Shown: positions 29,191 to 38,760 of the stretch, in pieces | How the letters are laid out: each line of letters opens with the position of its first letter | Position numbering within the stretch: the first letter of the stretch is position 1 | Assembly (NCBI GenBank): GCA_019695115.1 | Contig: JAIBAP010000017.1 | Location: forward strand, 8,416-72,415 | Reading direction: 5' to 3' | From: Caldilineales bacterium | GTDB lineage: Bacteria; Chloroflexota; Anaerolineae; J102 | DNA: 64,000 nt | Notes under the pieces: generated by a model | Database searches by the model: none | The model's input: only the letters and a program-made list of their open reading frames with translations | What the model was told of the DNA's origin: nothing | Position numbers and translations under genes: made by a program

Positions 29191-30141
29191 CCTTATCTCC
29201 ACCGCGTGCCCGTAGGCATGGCGATAGGTCTCGAAGATGAGTTGGCAGAGCGAGCCACGGTCGGGCCAGGGAAACGCATCGGCATGGCGTAGGAGGTCGG
29301 GGTCGGCGCGGTCGATCAGCTGGGCGGTCTTGCGATAGATGGTGACGATGGCATCCGCCACTGCTACCATGTCGCGGCCGTCGTACACCTTGCCCACGTG
29401 CCGGTTGTGTTCGCCCACCACCGGCAGCAGCCGCAATGAGGGCGGGGCCTGGGTCTGGCCCCACTGCCGGGCGATGTCGAGCACCTGCTCGTTCACCGCC
29501 CACACATGCTCCAGCAGCTGATAGGTGTTCCACTCGCCGTGCCACGGCTCGCCCATGATCTCGGCCTCGGTCATCCCCGCCACACTGTCCATGACCTGAT
29601 TGTAGACGAACAACAGCCAGCGCCTCAGCCCCTGCTTTCCCAGGCGCTCGCAACTGCCCAGGTAGGCATCCACCTCCCCCACCGCCGCGGCGTAGGCATC
29701 GTTCACCGCCCTCACCCACCCGGCCAGCGTCGCGCCGCCGTCTGCCTGGTCTGGGGATGGCGCCTTTGCCTGCCATTCGACATCGCTCAGGCGCTCCAAC
29801 TGCGCCATCAGCCGCGGCGCCGTCGCCACCCCCTGCTCCATCAGCGCCTCGAAACTCAGTTCGGGGCTGATTGACGCCGGCGCCGCCGCTGACAGCGCCG
29901 CTGCCAGGGCCAGATCATCCGCCAGCCGGGCGGCCAGAACCTCCTGCGGGGAGACGCCGGCGAGGACGGGTGCAGTCCACTCTGCCGGCGAGAGGAGCGA
30001 GAGACTCTCCCACAAGGCCTGGCGGCAGGCCTGGAAGGTGGCGAGCGGGTGGGTGGAGGAGCTGGGGGAGGACATGGCTGTGCCTGCGAGAGGAGGGAAG
30101 GATAGGAGGGGCAGTATCCGGCGCGAGCGGCGCGGTGTCAA
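29170..30141 (-). CDS. Hypothetical protein (DinB/YfiT-like four-helix bundle suspected)
   Basis: Conserved His residues (…HVWAVN…, …HAYGH…). Start could be 30141 or the ATG at 30075. Confidence 0.45.
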   Translation of the reverse strand: MTPRRSRRILPLLSFPPLAGTAMSSPSSSTHPLATFQACRQALWESLSLLSPAEWTAPVLAGVSPQEVLAARLADDLALAAALSAAAPASISPELSFEALMEQGVATAPRLMAQLERLSDVEWQAKAPSPDQADGGATLAGWVRAVNDAYAAAVGEVDAYLGSCERLGKQGLRRWLLFVYNQVMDSVAGMTEAEIMGEPWHGEWNTYQLLEHVWAVNEQVLDIARQWGQTQAPPSLRLLPVVGEHNRHVGKVYDGRDMVAVADAIVTIYRKTAQLIDRADPDLLRHADAFPWPDRGSLCQLIFETYRHAYGHAVEIRGRQVDK

Positions 30142-30328
30142 GTCCGGGGGCCTGAGTTTGTCCGCGTTAGCGAGAAATCCGGTAAGGATCGAGGCGCCGT
30201 GATCGTCTTACGGCAGGCACAGGCAATCATGCTATACTGGCCTTCTGCCCCTGGCGATGCCAATCGCCGACCTGTTTCGGAGCCGCCCCCCACCCCTCCC
30301 CAGTCTGACCGTTTTCCCGGAGTCTCGT

Positions 30329-31582
30329 ATGTCTACCCAGCCCAATCGCCTGCCCTGGATCATCGGCGCCGTCCTTGCCGGCCTGTTTGTCTTCCTCTGC
30401 GCCCTGGTTGTCATCGTCGGCGCCGCCCTGGTTCCCTTCATGGCGCGCCGCGACAGCGCCCCCGAGACCGCGCGCGAGATGGTCATCCCGCAGCCGCAAC
30501 GCCCGGCCGACGCCGCCACCCCTGCGCCCGCGCCCACCCTGCCGCCCATCGACCCCAGCACCGACCAGGAAACGGCGATCTACACCCGCATCTACGAGTT
30601 CGCCAATCCCAGCGTCGTGGCCGTGCGCACACTCGACGCCAACGCCGCGCAGCAAGCCCCCGACCTCGATCCGTTCTTCCTCGACACGGGCGAAGGTTCA
30701 GGCTTCGTCTACGATGCCAGCGGCCACATCATCACCAACCGCCATGTGATCGCCAACGCCGGCAAGGTGGTGGTCCAATTTGCCGACGGCGCCCAGGCCC
30801 CAGCCGAGATCGTCGGTTCGGACCGTGACAGTGATCTGGCCGTGCTCAAGATCGACCCGACCGGCTTCGACCTGAACCCCCTACCCATTGGTGACACCGA
30901 TACGCTCAGAGTCGGCAGTCGCGTCATGGTCATCGGCAACCCCTTTGGCAATGCCAACACCCTCACCACCGGCATCATCTCGGCCCTGGGCCGACAGATC
31001 AGCCTGCCCGATTCGCAATTCACCCTGCCCGAAGTCATCCAGACCGACGCTGCCATCAACCCCGGCAACAGCGGCGGGCCGATGCTCAACGCCGACGGCG
31101 AAGTCATCGGCGTCGCCTTCATGATCCAGTCTCAATCTGGCTCCAGCGCCGGTATCGGCTTTGGCATCCCCGCCTACTTCGTCGAGCGCGTGGCCGACGC
31201 CATCATCGCCAACGGCGCCTATCAGCACCCCTGGTTAGGCGTGCGCGGCCAAAGTCTCTCGCCCTTCGCCAGCCGCGAACTGAATCTGCCGGTGGACCGG
31301 GGCGTGCTCGTGGTCGAGGCCATCGACAATGGCCCTGCCGCCAAGGCGGGGTTACGAGGCGGGGATAAGGAGGTGGAGGTCGAGGGCTTTGCCTTCACCA
31401 TTGGCGGCGACATCATCACCGCCATCGACGGCCAGCCCGTGACCGTCTTCGACGACCTGCTAGCCTATCTCAGCCGCTACACCGAACCCGGCCAACAGGT
31501 GACGCTGACCATCGTGCGCGACCGTGAAACGATGGAGCTTACCGTCACCCTCGAAGCGCGGCCGACCAGCCTGGGAGAGTAG
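30329..31582 (+). CDS. S1C (HtrA/DegP-like) serine protease with PDZ domain
   Basis: N-terminal TM. Trypsin-fold catalytic motifs (HVI…, D…, GNSGGP). C-terminal PDZ. Confidence 0.85.
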   Translation: MSTQPNRLPWIIGAVLAGLFVFLCALVVIVGAALVPFMARRDSAPETAREMVIPQPQRPADAATPAPAPTLPPIDPSTDQETAIYTRIYEFANPSVVAVRTLDANAAQQAPDLDPFFLDTGEGSGFVYDASGHIITNRHVIANAGKVVVQFADGAQAPAEIVGSDRDSDLAVLKIDPTGFDLNPLPIGDTDTLRVGSRVMVIGNPFGNANTLTTGIISALGRQISLPDSQFTLPEVIQTDAAINPGNSGGPMLNADGEVIGVAFMIQSQSGSSAGIGFGIPAYFVERVADAIIANGAYQHPWLGVRGQSLSPFASRELNLPVDRGVLVVEAIDNGPAAKAGLRGGDKEVEVEGFAFTIGGDIITAIDGQPVTVFDDLLAYLSRYTEPGQQVTLTIVRDRETMELTVTLEARPTSLGE

Positions 31583-31678
31583 GCAAGGAAACAGGTAGAC
31601 AAGTAGACAAGTAGACAAGTAGACAAGGCGTTGGCGGCGGATGGCGTTCCTTCGTTGATTGTTGATTGTTGACTGTTC
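31583..31678. repeat. GTAGACAA x4 plus GTTGATT x3 heptamer/octamer array
   Basis: gtagacaagtagacaagtagacaagtagacaag … gttgattgttgattgttgactgtt. Confidence 0.7.
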
Positions 31679-32761
31679 TCACCGCCTCTCCAACTCGCCC
31701 CCACAGCTGGCCCGGTAATAGGCCGCTTCCTGCTCGAAGCCGGAGGCGGCCTTTTGTTTGGTTTCGTCACCGATGGCCGCGGCTTTGCCCAGCTGCTCGA
31801 CCATGCCGGCCGTGCCCCAGTAGCGAGGGAGAACGAGGAGGGGGTCGCCCATCGCCCGTTCTTCCTTGCCCAGCGGGATCCAGTTATACATGCTCGGCCC
31901 ACGGGCGAAGACGGTGAAGCCGAGCTTGTAGCCGGCCGCGCGCGCCACCTCCACCGTCTTCTTGGTGAAATTCCCGCCCGGCCACACGAAGACCACCGGC
32001 CGGTAGCCAACATGTTTTTCCAGGATGGGGATGGGGCCGAAGATCTCCTCGCGGATCTGCTCGATCGGTGTGCTGGGCAGCATGTAGAGATGCCGCAGCC
32101 CGTGTGCCTGTACATCCAGCCGGCCCGTGGCGTGCAACCGCTCCAGTCGCTCCCACAGCCCCGCCCGCCTGTCTGTATCGGCGATGATCCAGCCTAGCGT
32201 CACCGTCCAGTCGTATTGCTCCAGGATGGGCAGGAAATAGCCCTCGACCGTGCCCAAGCGCCGGTCGTCTACGATCAACAACAGCGATCGCTCGGGGATG
32301 CGGGCGTTTTCTTCCAGAAAGGCCGCCGCCTGCGCGGCCGTCACCGTCTGATAGCCCAGCCGCCTGGCCTCGGCCATCGTCTGGCGGAAATAGGCCGGCG
32401 ATACGCCCTGCCGGCCGCCTGCGCCCACTCCCTCGCCCACGCGATGGTACATGATCGGCACAAGGATCGTGCCGGGAGGGCTGTTCTGTGGGTCCCAGCG
32501 CCGGCGCAAATAGTCGCAAACGTCATCTACATAGCTTTCGGGGCGGACGCCGCGCAGCAGATGTTTGGACGGGAACGGGATCGGCGGGGTGAGATCGCCC
32601 GCATTGGCTGGGGCGATGGTGGGGGTTGGCGAGGGGAGTGGCGTCGCTGCGGCGGCGCCAGGGGCCAAAGCGGCGCCACCAGACAGCACCGCCAGCAGAC
32701 AGCCGATGGCAATGGTAGATGCAGACCGCAAGCGGTGCTTGAAGACAAGATACAAACTCAT
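31679..32761 (-). CDS. Polysaccharide deacetylase (NodB-homology) family protein, secreted
   Basis: Signal peptide. MYHRV and …FVWPGG… motifs of the CE4/polysaccharide deacetylase fold. ATG at rc 32759-32761. Confidence 0.75.
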   Translation of the reverse strand: MSLYLVFKHRLRSASTIAIGCLLAVLSGGAALAPGAAAATPLPSPTPTIAPANAGDLTPPIPFPSKHLLRGVRPESYVDDVCDYLRRRWDPQNSPPGTILVPIMYHRVGEGVGAGGRQGVSPAYFRQTMAEARRLGYQTVTAAQAAAFLEENARIPERSLLLIVDDRRLGTVEGYFLPILEQYDWTVTLGWIIADTDRRAGLWERLERLHATGRLDVQAHGLRHLYMLPSTPIEQIREEIFGPIPILEKHVGYRPVVFVWPGGNFTKKTVEVARAAGYKLGFTVFARGPSMYNWIPLGKEERAMGDPLLVLPRYWGTAGMVEQLGKAAAIGDETKQKAASGFEQEAAYYRASCGGELERR

Positions 32762-32876
32762 CCGTGTTGGTCTCCGTTCATTAGCGCACTTTGCCAGCCG
32801 GATCGTACAGCAGCAACCATCTAGCGATGGAACTGAGCCGCCGCCAGCGAAGCGAGCGGTGGGCTGGCCCGATGTG

Positions 32877-33284
32877 TCAGGCATTCGTGCTATCCAATGC
32901 CATTTTTATCGATGCTTCTGCCATTCGCAATGCCTTGAGCCTGTTTCGCTGCAACGTGTGTTGCGAGGTTCCCGGCGAGAACTTCGCCTGAGCTTTCTCG
33001 GTTCTGCCTATCATCGCCGCAAACGCACGCAAGGCCTTCTGAAAATCGTCTCGTGTGAAACTATCTGCACCGCCAGCCTCGTTGATCATGAGCGCAGAGG
33101 CAAGGTGCAACGCTTCGAGGTTGTCTTGCAGCATCATATGTTGCCACGTTCCCGGCGCCAGTTTTCGCTGTGCCTTTTCGGACTTGGTGATAAGTGAAGC
33201 GATCGGTCGCATCGCCTCCTGCAACTCGTCTGCTGTGTAGACCAAAGAATTCCTTCTCATCTCAGGCGCCGTTTCTGTGCTCAT
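32877..33284 (-). CDS. Hypothetical low-GC small protein with an internal ~50-aa duplication (…EKAQxKxxPGTxQHxxLxxNxLxAL…)
   Basis: GC about 52% versus about 68% around it. Two copies of the motif, A(M/L)R(P/A)xAxxI…EKAQ(R/A)K(L/F)(A/S)PGT(W/S)QH…L(E/K)AL. Start ATG 33284 (MSTETAPEM), or 33260. Confidence 0.5.
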   Translation of the reverse strand: MSTETAPEMRRNSLVYTADELQEAMRPIASLITKSEKAQRKLAPGTWQHMMLQDNLEALHLASALMINEAGGADSFTRDDFQKALRAFAAMIGRTEKAQAKFSPGTSQHTLQRNRLKALRMAEASIKMALDSTNA

Positions 33285-33324
33285 CGACGCCACAACGCTA
33301 TGTAGCAGCCTGGCCTACCTGACG

Positions 33325-34557
33325 TCAATAAACAAAATCGCGCAGATTGTAGGGCACGCGCTGAGGCCCCCCCGACGCCGGGCCAGGGGGCGGCAGGGTG
33401 AGGGCGGCGCGGATGGCTCTCTCCTGCGCCTGGGCCAGGGCCGGGTCGGGCGCGTCCACGCCGTCGGCCGCGGCCAGGGCCAGATAGGGGGCATCCGGGT
33501 CGGGCTGGAAAGGGCTGAAGTAGATCAGGTCGCCCGCGGCCAGGGCCATGGCGTCGAGGATGGCGGTGGTGTCGGCGATGTGGCCGCGGTCGAAGCGCCG
33601 CCCGCCCACGCCCGTGAGCACGATCACGCCTACCTGCACACCCGCCGCTTTCAGCCGGCGCACGGCATCGAGCATAGCGGCGGCGGTGCTGGGTTTGCGC
33701 AGCCAGGCCAACAGCGGCTCGTGCCCGCTTTCCAGGCCGATGTAGACGCGGCGCAACCCCAGGCGGCGCAGCGCCCGGAAATCGTCCACCGTCTTGCGCT
33801 CGGCGCTGAGGCCATCGATGAAGGCATAGAGGCCGGTGATGCCGGTGGGATGGGCGGCCAACCAGGGGCGGCGCTGGCCGGGCGGCAGGTCATCGGGCAT
33901 GATCTCGAAAGCGCGATGGAGGACATCGAGCAGGGGCAGCAGGCGCGACTGAGGCATGATCAAGGCATTGGCGTCGGCCAGGAAGATGCTGCGGCGCAGA
34001 AGCAGGCCGGGGCCGAAGAAAGCGCGCACGGCTTCGATGTGGCGGGCGAACTCGTCTTCGCTCTTGATGCGGAAGCGCACGCCGCGATAGAGGGCGCAAA
34101 ACGTGCAGGTGTTGAACGAACAGCCCTCGGTGGCCTGCAACACCAGGGCCTGGTATTGGTCGGGCGGCAGGATGGCGACGGGGCGATAGATGGCGCCAAA
34201 GCGGGCGACATCGGCGGCGTAGTCGAAGCTCAGGCCGCGCTCCACCACCTGGGCAAACTCCGGCTGCAGGTCGAGCGCCGCCAATTGGCCCAGATCGGCG
34301 CGCAACTGGGCCAATAACTCCGCGGTCTCGCCTTCGTCCAACCAGAGGCGCTGCCGCGGGGCGCCGGCCTGGCGCCAGCGCGCCAGCACCCGGCCATCCA
34401 GCCCTCGCCGCAGGTTGCGCCCCTCGCGAAAGGCCCCGATCAAGCGCCCGGCCAGGTCGAGCGTGTAGACCAGGCCGCCGCTGAGACTGATGTTGAGGGC
34501 GTCATCGAGCCGAAGATGGGCCTGGCGACCGTCGGCAAGACGGAGGTCGTGATGCAT
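33325..34557 (-). CDS. Radical SAM enzyme with ~135-aa N-terminal extension
   Basis: Cys cluster EGCSFNTCTFC (reads as CX4CX2C) and glycine-rich/ribose-motif region RVYIGLESGHEPLLAWL…VGVIVLTGVGG. ATG at rc about 34557 (MHHDLRL). Confidence 0.75.
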   Translation of the reverse strand: MHHDLRLADGRQAHLRLDDALNISLSGGLVYTLDLAGRLIGAFREGRNLRRGLDGRVLARWRQAGAPRQRLWLDEGETAELLAQLRADLGQLAALDLQPEFAQVVERGLSFDYAADVARFGAIYRPVAILPPDQYQALVLQATEGCSFNTCTFCALYRGVRFRIKSEDEFARHIEAVRAFFGPGLLLRRSIFLADANALIMPQSRLLPLLDVLHRAFEIMPDDLPPGQRRPWLAAHPTGITGLYAFIDGLSAERKTVDDFRALRRLGLRRVYIGLESGHEPLLAWLRKPSTAAAMLDAVRRLKAAGVQVGVIVLTGVGGRRFDRGHIADTTAILDAMALAAGDLIYFSPFQPDPDAPYLALAAADGVDAPDPALAQAQERAIRAALTLPPPGPASGGPQRVPYNLRDFVY

Positions 34558-34594
34558 GTGGGCGGTTCGGCTATCGTGTCTTGCTTCGTGTGCG

Positions 34595-37120
34595 TCACGC
34601 CTGACCTGGCTGCCCCCTCGCCAGGACATCGCTGCCGGGTTCATCAACTGGCACGTCGCCGGCTTCTTCCTCAGCCGCTTCGTCCTCGCCTGCCCCGGCT
34701 TCGTCTTCTTCCTCTTCATCCTTGCCGCTGTGCAACTCTTGCATGCGGTCGTGCGCGGCCTGGAGCGCCGCCAGCACCCGGCCGTTGATCGAATCGGCGG
34801 GGTAGTTGCCTTCCTCGTCCATCTCGCCCATCGCCAGCCCCGTCAGCACTTCCAGCGCCTGGTCGACCGTCGTCACCGCCAACAGATGGAAGCGCCCGTT
34901 GGCTACGGCTTCCACCACATCCTCGCGCAAGACCAGATGCTCGACATTGGCCTGCGGCACGATCACGCCCTGGCTGCCCGTCAGTTCGCCCAAGGCCCGG
35001 CAGGTGTCGAAAAAGCCCTCCACCTTCTCGTTCACGCCGCCGATGGGCTGCACATCGCCGTGCTGGTTGATCGAGCCGGTGATGGCCAGGTCCTGGCGCA
35101 GGGGCAGGTCGGCGATGGCCGAAAGCAGGACGCACAGCTCGGCCACCGAGGCGCTGTCGCCCTCGACCCCCGCGTACGACTGCTCGAAAACCAGGGTGGC
35201 GTGCAGACTGAGCGGCAGGAGGCGGGCGTAGCGGCCGGAGAGGAAGGAACTGAGGATCATCACCGCTTTGGAGTGGATGGGGCCGCTGAGCCGGGCCTCG
35301 CGCTCGATGTCGATCACCCCCCCGCGCCCAAGAAAGGTGCGGGCGGTGATGCGGCTGGGGACGCCGAAGCTGCTGTTGCCCAGTTGCAGCACCGAAAGGC
35401 CGTTGATCTGGCCCACACGCTCGCCACCCACTGACATCAACATGATCCCGCGCCCGGTTTCCTCGCGCACCCATTCTTCGTAGCGATTCCCGCGCTGGCG
35501 TTTCTCGTCGATGGCCTGTTGGACATCAGCCGCCGTCACCAGGTCGCGGCCGTTCTGTCCGGCCCAGTAGCTGGCCTCTGTCACCAGGTCGGCGATATCG
35601 CGGAAGCGGGTGGACAGATAACGCTGGTCGCCCACCAGCCGCGAGCCGAAATCCACCACCTGCGCCGCTGCCGCCGGCAAGAAATGGCGTTCGTTCTGCT
35701 GCCGGCAGAGGGTGGCAATGAACTGCGCATAGTCCTGGATGTGTTCGGCATCGCGCGGCATGCGGTCGTCGAAATCGGCCTGCACCTTGAACAGCTCGTC
35801 GAAATCTTCATCGTAGGACGACAACAGATAATAGAGATAAGAAGACCCCGCCAACACCACCTTCAGGTTCAGGGGGATAGGCTCCGGCTCCAGGACCGAG
35901 GTGGAGATCAGCCCCAACGATTGGGCGTACTCCTCCACCCGCACCACCCGTTCCTTCAGCGCCCGCTTGAGCGCGTCCCAGGCCTGCGGTCGTTCCAGCA
36001 CGGCGGTGGCATCCAACACCAGGTAGCCGCCGTTGGCGCGGTGCAATGCGCCCGGCCGCACCATCGTGAAATCGGTGAACAGCGCCCCCATCACCGCCTG
36101 GTGCTCCACCCGCCCGACCAGATTGGCGAAATTGGGGTTGCTCTCGTACACCACCGGCGCGCCGAGGCCATCGCCATTGTCCACGAATAAGTTGATGCTA
36201 TAGCGGCGCAATAAGCCTTCGGCCCCCACAGCCTGCATCGCCGCCTGCAGATCGCCAGCCTTGCCATCCCCGCCCTTGAAGGCTTCGACATTGGCGACCA
36301 GATCTTCGGTCATGGTCTGCAAGTGGCGCTGGACATCGGGCAGGTCGTCGAAGCGGCTGTGCAGTTCGGCCAGGGGATGTTGGATGGTGAGCCGGGCAAC
36401 GCTTTCATCCAGGGCTGACATCTCGGCGTTGGCCTGGTTTTCGCGCTGGCGCATCTTGATGATGGCGGTATCCAGATCTGCCTGGAGTTTTTCGCGCAGT
36501 TTCAGCAGCTTGTCGCGCTGTTCTTCGGTCAGTTGTTCGAACTGGGCGTCGGTGATCGGTTTGCCGCCGATGACCGGGGTGAGCATGAAGCCGCCGGGCA
36601 GCCGGATGAGCGAGAAGTTGTATTTCTCCACCTGCTCGCTGATCTGGCGGAAGCGGGCTTCGTGGTCTTCTTTGAGGGCGGCGATGATCTTGTCGCGCTC
36701 TTTGACGTAGTCTTCGCTCTCGAACGCGGCCGGGATGGCGCGCTGAAGCTCTTTGACCAGGGCTTCCAGATCGGTTCGTAGCGCCCGGCCCTTGCCTGCC
36801 GGCACCAGGATGGCGTTGGGATGCGACGGATCCTGAAAATTGTGGACGTAAATCCAGTCGCCGGCCGGGGCCAGGCGGGCGGCGTCGGCCTGGATGAACT
36901 GGCGCACAGCGGTGGATTTGCCGGTGCCGGCCGGCCCGACGACGAAGATGTTGTAGCCTTTGGCGCTCATCCCCATGCCGAACTGCAGGGCGCGCAAGGC
37001 CCGCTGCTGGCCGATGATGCCGGGGAGGTCGGGCAAGTCGGCGGTGGAGGTGAAGTTGAACTGGCCGGGGTCGCAGAACGGGCGGATTTGGGCGGCGGTG
37101 AGGGCAGTAAGAGATGACAT
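34595..37120 (-). CDS. LonC/YcbZ-family Lon-like protease (AAA_32-type N-domain plus Lon S16 proteolytic domain)
   Basis: Walker A VVGPAGTGKST. C-terminal region is co-linear with E. coli YcbZ (IGQINGLSV…, EQSYAGVEGDSASVAELCVLLSAIADLP…, GGVNEKVEGFF). Acidic C-terminal tail. Confidence 0.85.
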   Translation of the reverse strand: MSSLTALTAAQIRPFCDPGQFNFTSTADLPDLPGIIGQQRALRALQFGMGMSAKGYNIFVVGPAGTGKSTAVRQFIQADAARLAPAGDWIYVHNFQDPSHPNAILVPAGKGRALRTDLEALVKELQRAIPAAFESEDYVKERDKIIAALKEDHEARFRQISEQVEKYNFSLIRLPGGFMLTPVIGGKPITDAQFEQLTEEQRDKLLKLREKLQADLDTAIIKMRQRENQANAEMSALDESVARLTIQHPLAELHSRFDDLPDVQRHLQTMTEDLVANVEAFKGGDGKAGDLQAAMQAVGAEGLLRRYSINLFVDNGDGLGAPVVYESNPNFANLVGRVEHQAVMGALFTDFTMVRPGALHRANGGYLVLDATAVLERPQAWDALKRALKERVVRVEEYAQSLGLISTSVLEPEPIPLNLKVVLAGSSYLYYLLSSYDEDFDELFKVQADFDDRMPRDAEHIQDYAQFIATLCRQQNERHFLPAAAAQVVDFGSRLVGDQRYLSTRFRDIADLVTEASYWAGQNGRDLVTAADVQQAIDEKRQRGNRYEEWVREETGRGIMLMSVGGERVGQINGLSVLQLGNSSFGVPSRITARTFLGRGGVIDIEREARLSGPIHSKAVMILSSFLSGRYARLLPLSLHATLVFEQSYAGVEGDSASVAELCVLLSAIADLPLRQDLAITGSINQHGDVQPIGGVNEKVEGFFDTCRALGELTGSQGVIVPQANVEHLVLREDVVEAVANGRFHLLAVTTVDQALEVLTGLAMGEMDEEGNYPADSINGRVLAALQAAHDRMQELHSGKDEEEEDEAGAGEDEAAEEEAGDVPVDEPGSDVLARGQPGQA

Positions 37121-37121
37121 G

Positions 37122-38165
37122 CTAGGCTCCTGATCGGCGTTTTGTCCTGGCGCGGCCCACCCATCCGGCCAGCCCGGCCAGCCCGCCTGCCAACAGCAGC
37201 ACGGTGGCCGGTTCCGGGATTTCGGGCGGGGGCGGCGGCCCGGTGATGATCACCTGCACCCGGTTGGAATCGCGCTGGTTGCCTTCAGCGAAGGTCACAA
37301 AGGCGCTGTTGTGCAGTGTGACCGGGGTCTGGACGGGGAGAGACGCCTTGACCCGGGCTTTGATCGTGACCAACACCTGTTGGCCTGGGTTCAGTGTCCC
37401 GATCTGAACCATGACTTTGTGGGCGGCGGCATCGTAGCTGGCGGTTCCCTGGCTGCTGCTGGCGCTCACGTTCTCGAGAAAGCTGCTGAGGGGGTCGCTG
37501 AGGATGACTTGGGTGGCAGGGGCGTTGCCCTGGTTGCCGACGGTCAGGGTGAAGGTGATGGGGGCGGTGGTGAAGATGCTGGCGCTGCTGGCGGCCTTCG
37601 TCACCGCCGGATCGACGACCGAGCTAAAGAGCAACTCGTGCGAGGCCGTGACCGGGGCGGCGTTGGCGGCGCCGAGCCTGGCGTTGTTGACCAGCAACAG
37701 CTCAGCCTGATCGCCCGTCCCGCCCACCTCCGGCAGCTGGTTGCGCGCCACCCGCACCTCGAAGCTCAGGCAGGTCTCTGGCCCCGGCGCCAGATCGCCC
37801 AGATCCCAGGTCAGGCGATGAGGGGCGGGGTCATAAACGCCGGTGGAGGAGCCGGGCAGGTAGTCGAGATTGGCCGGCAGATCATCGGTCAGCGTCGCGG
37901 CGCTGGCGGTTTCATCGCCGGTGTTCTGGAAGCACAGCCGGTAGGCAAAGACATCCCCCAACACCACCGGGCCTGTCACCGCCGCCGTTTTGCTCAGGCG
38001 CAGGGCCGGCCCCGAACCAGCGGCCCGGCCGGCCGGCGCCGCCCCCAGAGTCAAAAGAAGCACGAGCATGAGTAACACGCCTGGGCGAGGACGACCGGCT
38101 GCGTCTCTCATCGCTGTTTGCAGTCGCTGCCGAAGTAGTGCGAACATGCTCGTGCTTTCATTCAT
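37122..38165 (-). CDS. DUF11-repeat surface protein with PEP-CTERM sorting signal
   Basis: Signal peptide, conserved-repeat (DUF11-like) beta domains. C-terminus PEIPEPATVLLLAGGLAGLAGWVGRARTKRR is a PEP motif plus TM plus basic cluster. Stop lies 1 nt from the Lon-like start. Confidence 0.75.
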   Translation of the reverse strand: MNESTSMFALLRQRLQTAMRDAAGRPRPGVLLMLVLLLTLGAAPAGRAAGSGPALRLSKTAAVTGPVVLGDVFAYRLCFQNTGDETASAATLTDDLPANLDYLPGSSTGVYDPAPHRLTWDLGDLAPGPETCLSFEVRVARNQLPEVGGTGDQAELLLVNNARLGAANAAPVTASHELLFSSVVDPAVTKAASSASIFTTAPITFTLTVGNQGNAPATQVILSDPLSSFLENVSASSSQGTASYDAAAHKVMVQIGTLNPGQQVLVTIKARVKASLPVQTPVTLHNSAFVTFAEGNQRDSNRVQVIITGPPPPPEIPEPATVLLLAGGLAGLAGWVGRARTKRRSGA

Positions 38166-38267
38166 GGCATGGGCGCTGGCGTGAAGGCCAGCAGAAGCGG
38201 GAGGTGGGGTTGGGGCTGCGGCGGCGTGAGTGAAGACGCCGGCCGGCCGCGCCCCGACCCGGACGGG

Positions 38268-38639
38268 TTAGCGGGAGCGAAGCGCGTCGCGAATCTCGGT
38301 CAGCAGCTTCTCTTCGGTCGAGGGGCCAGGCGGCGGCGCCGCGGCTTCTTGCTTCTTGAAGCGTTGGTAGGGGACGACGACGAAATAGTAGACGACCAGG
38401 GCGATGAGGATGAAGTTGACCACTGCGGTCAGAAACGAGCCGTACTTGATCACGCTGTTGTTGAGCGTCAGCGTCAAGTCGTCGAAGCTGGGGGTGCCGA
38501 CGAAGATGCCGATGATGGGCATGAGCACGTTTTCGACCAACGAGGTGATCACGGCGCCAATGGCCGCAGCCATGATCAGACCCACAGCGATGTCGATCAG
38601 GCTACCCTTGAAAGCGAATTCCTTGAAACCCTTGAACAT
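38268..38639 (-). CDS. mscL: Large-conductance mechanosensitive channel
   Basis: MFKGFKEFAFKGSLIDIAVGLIMAAAIGAVITSLV… is the canonical MscL N-terminus and TM1. Confidence 0.9.
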   Translation of the reverse strand: MFKGFKEFAFKGSLIDIAVGLIMAAAIGAVITSLVENVLMPIIGIFVGTPSFDDLTLTLNNSVIKYGSFLTAVVNFILIALVVYYFVVVPYQRFKKQEAAAPPPGPSTEEKLLTEIRDALRSR

Positions 38640-38760
38640 CGTTGTTCCTCCTGAGAGTGGGGAAGGGGAAAATGGGATGAGAGATGAAACAGCGGCTCCA
38701 TTCTAGCAGGCTGGATGCGCCCCGACAAGTCCGCCTCACTCCCCCGCCCGCGGCGGCAGA

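Noticed and set aside
34595-37120. Lon-like protease as BREX BrxL or another defence component
   Set aside because: No PglZ, BrxC/PglY, methyltransferase or other defence partners are in the vicinity. Co-linearity is with YcbZ/LonC-type housekeeping-like Lon homologs.
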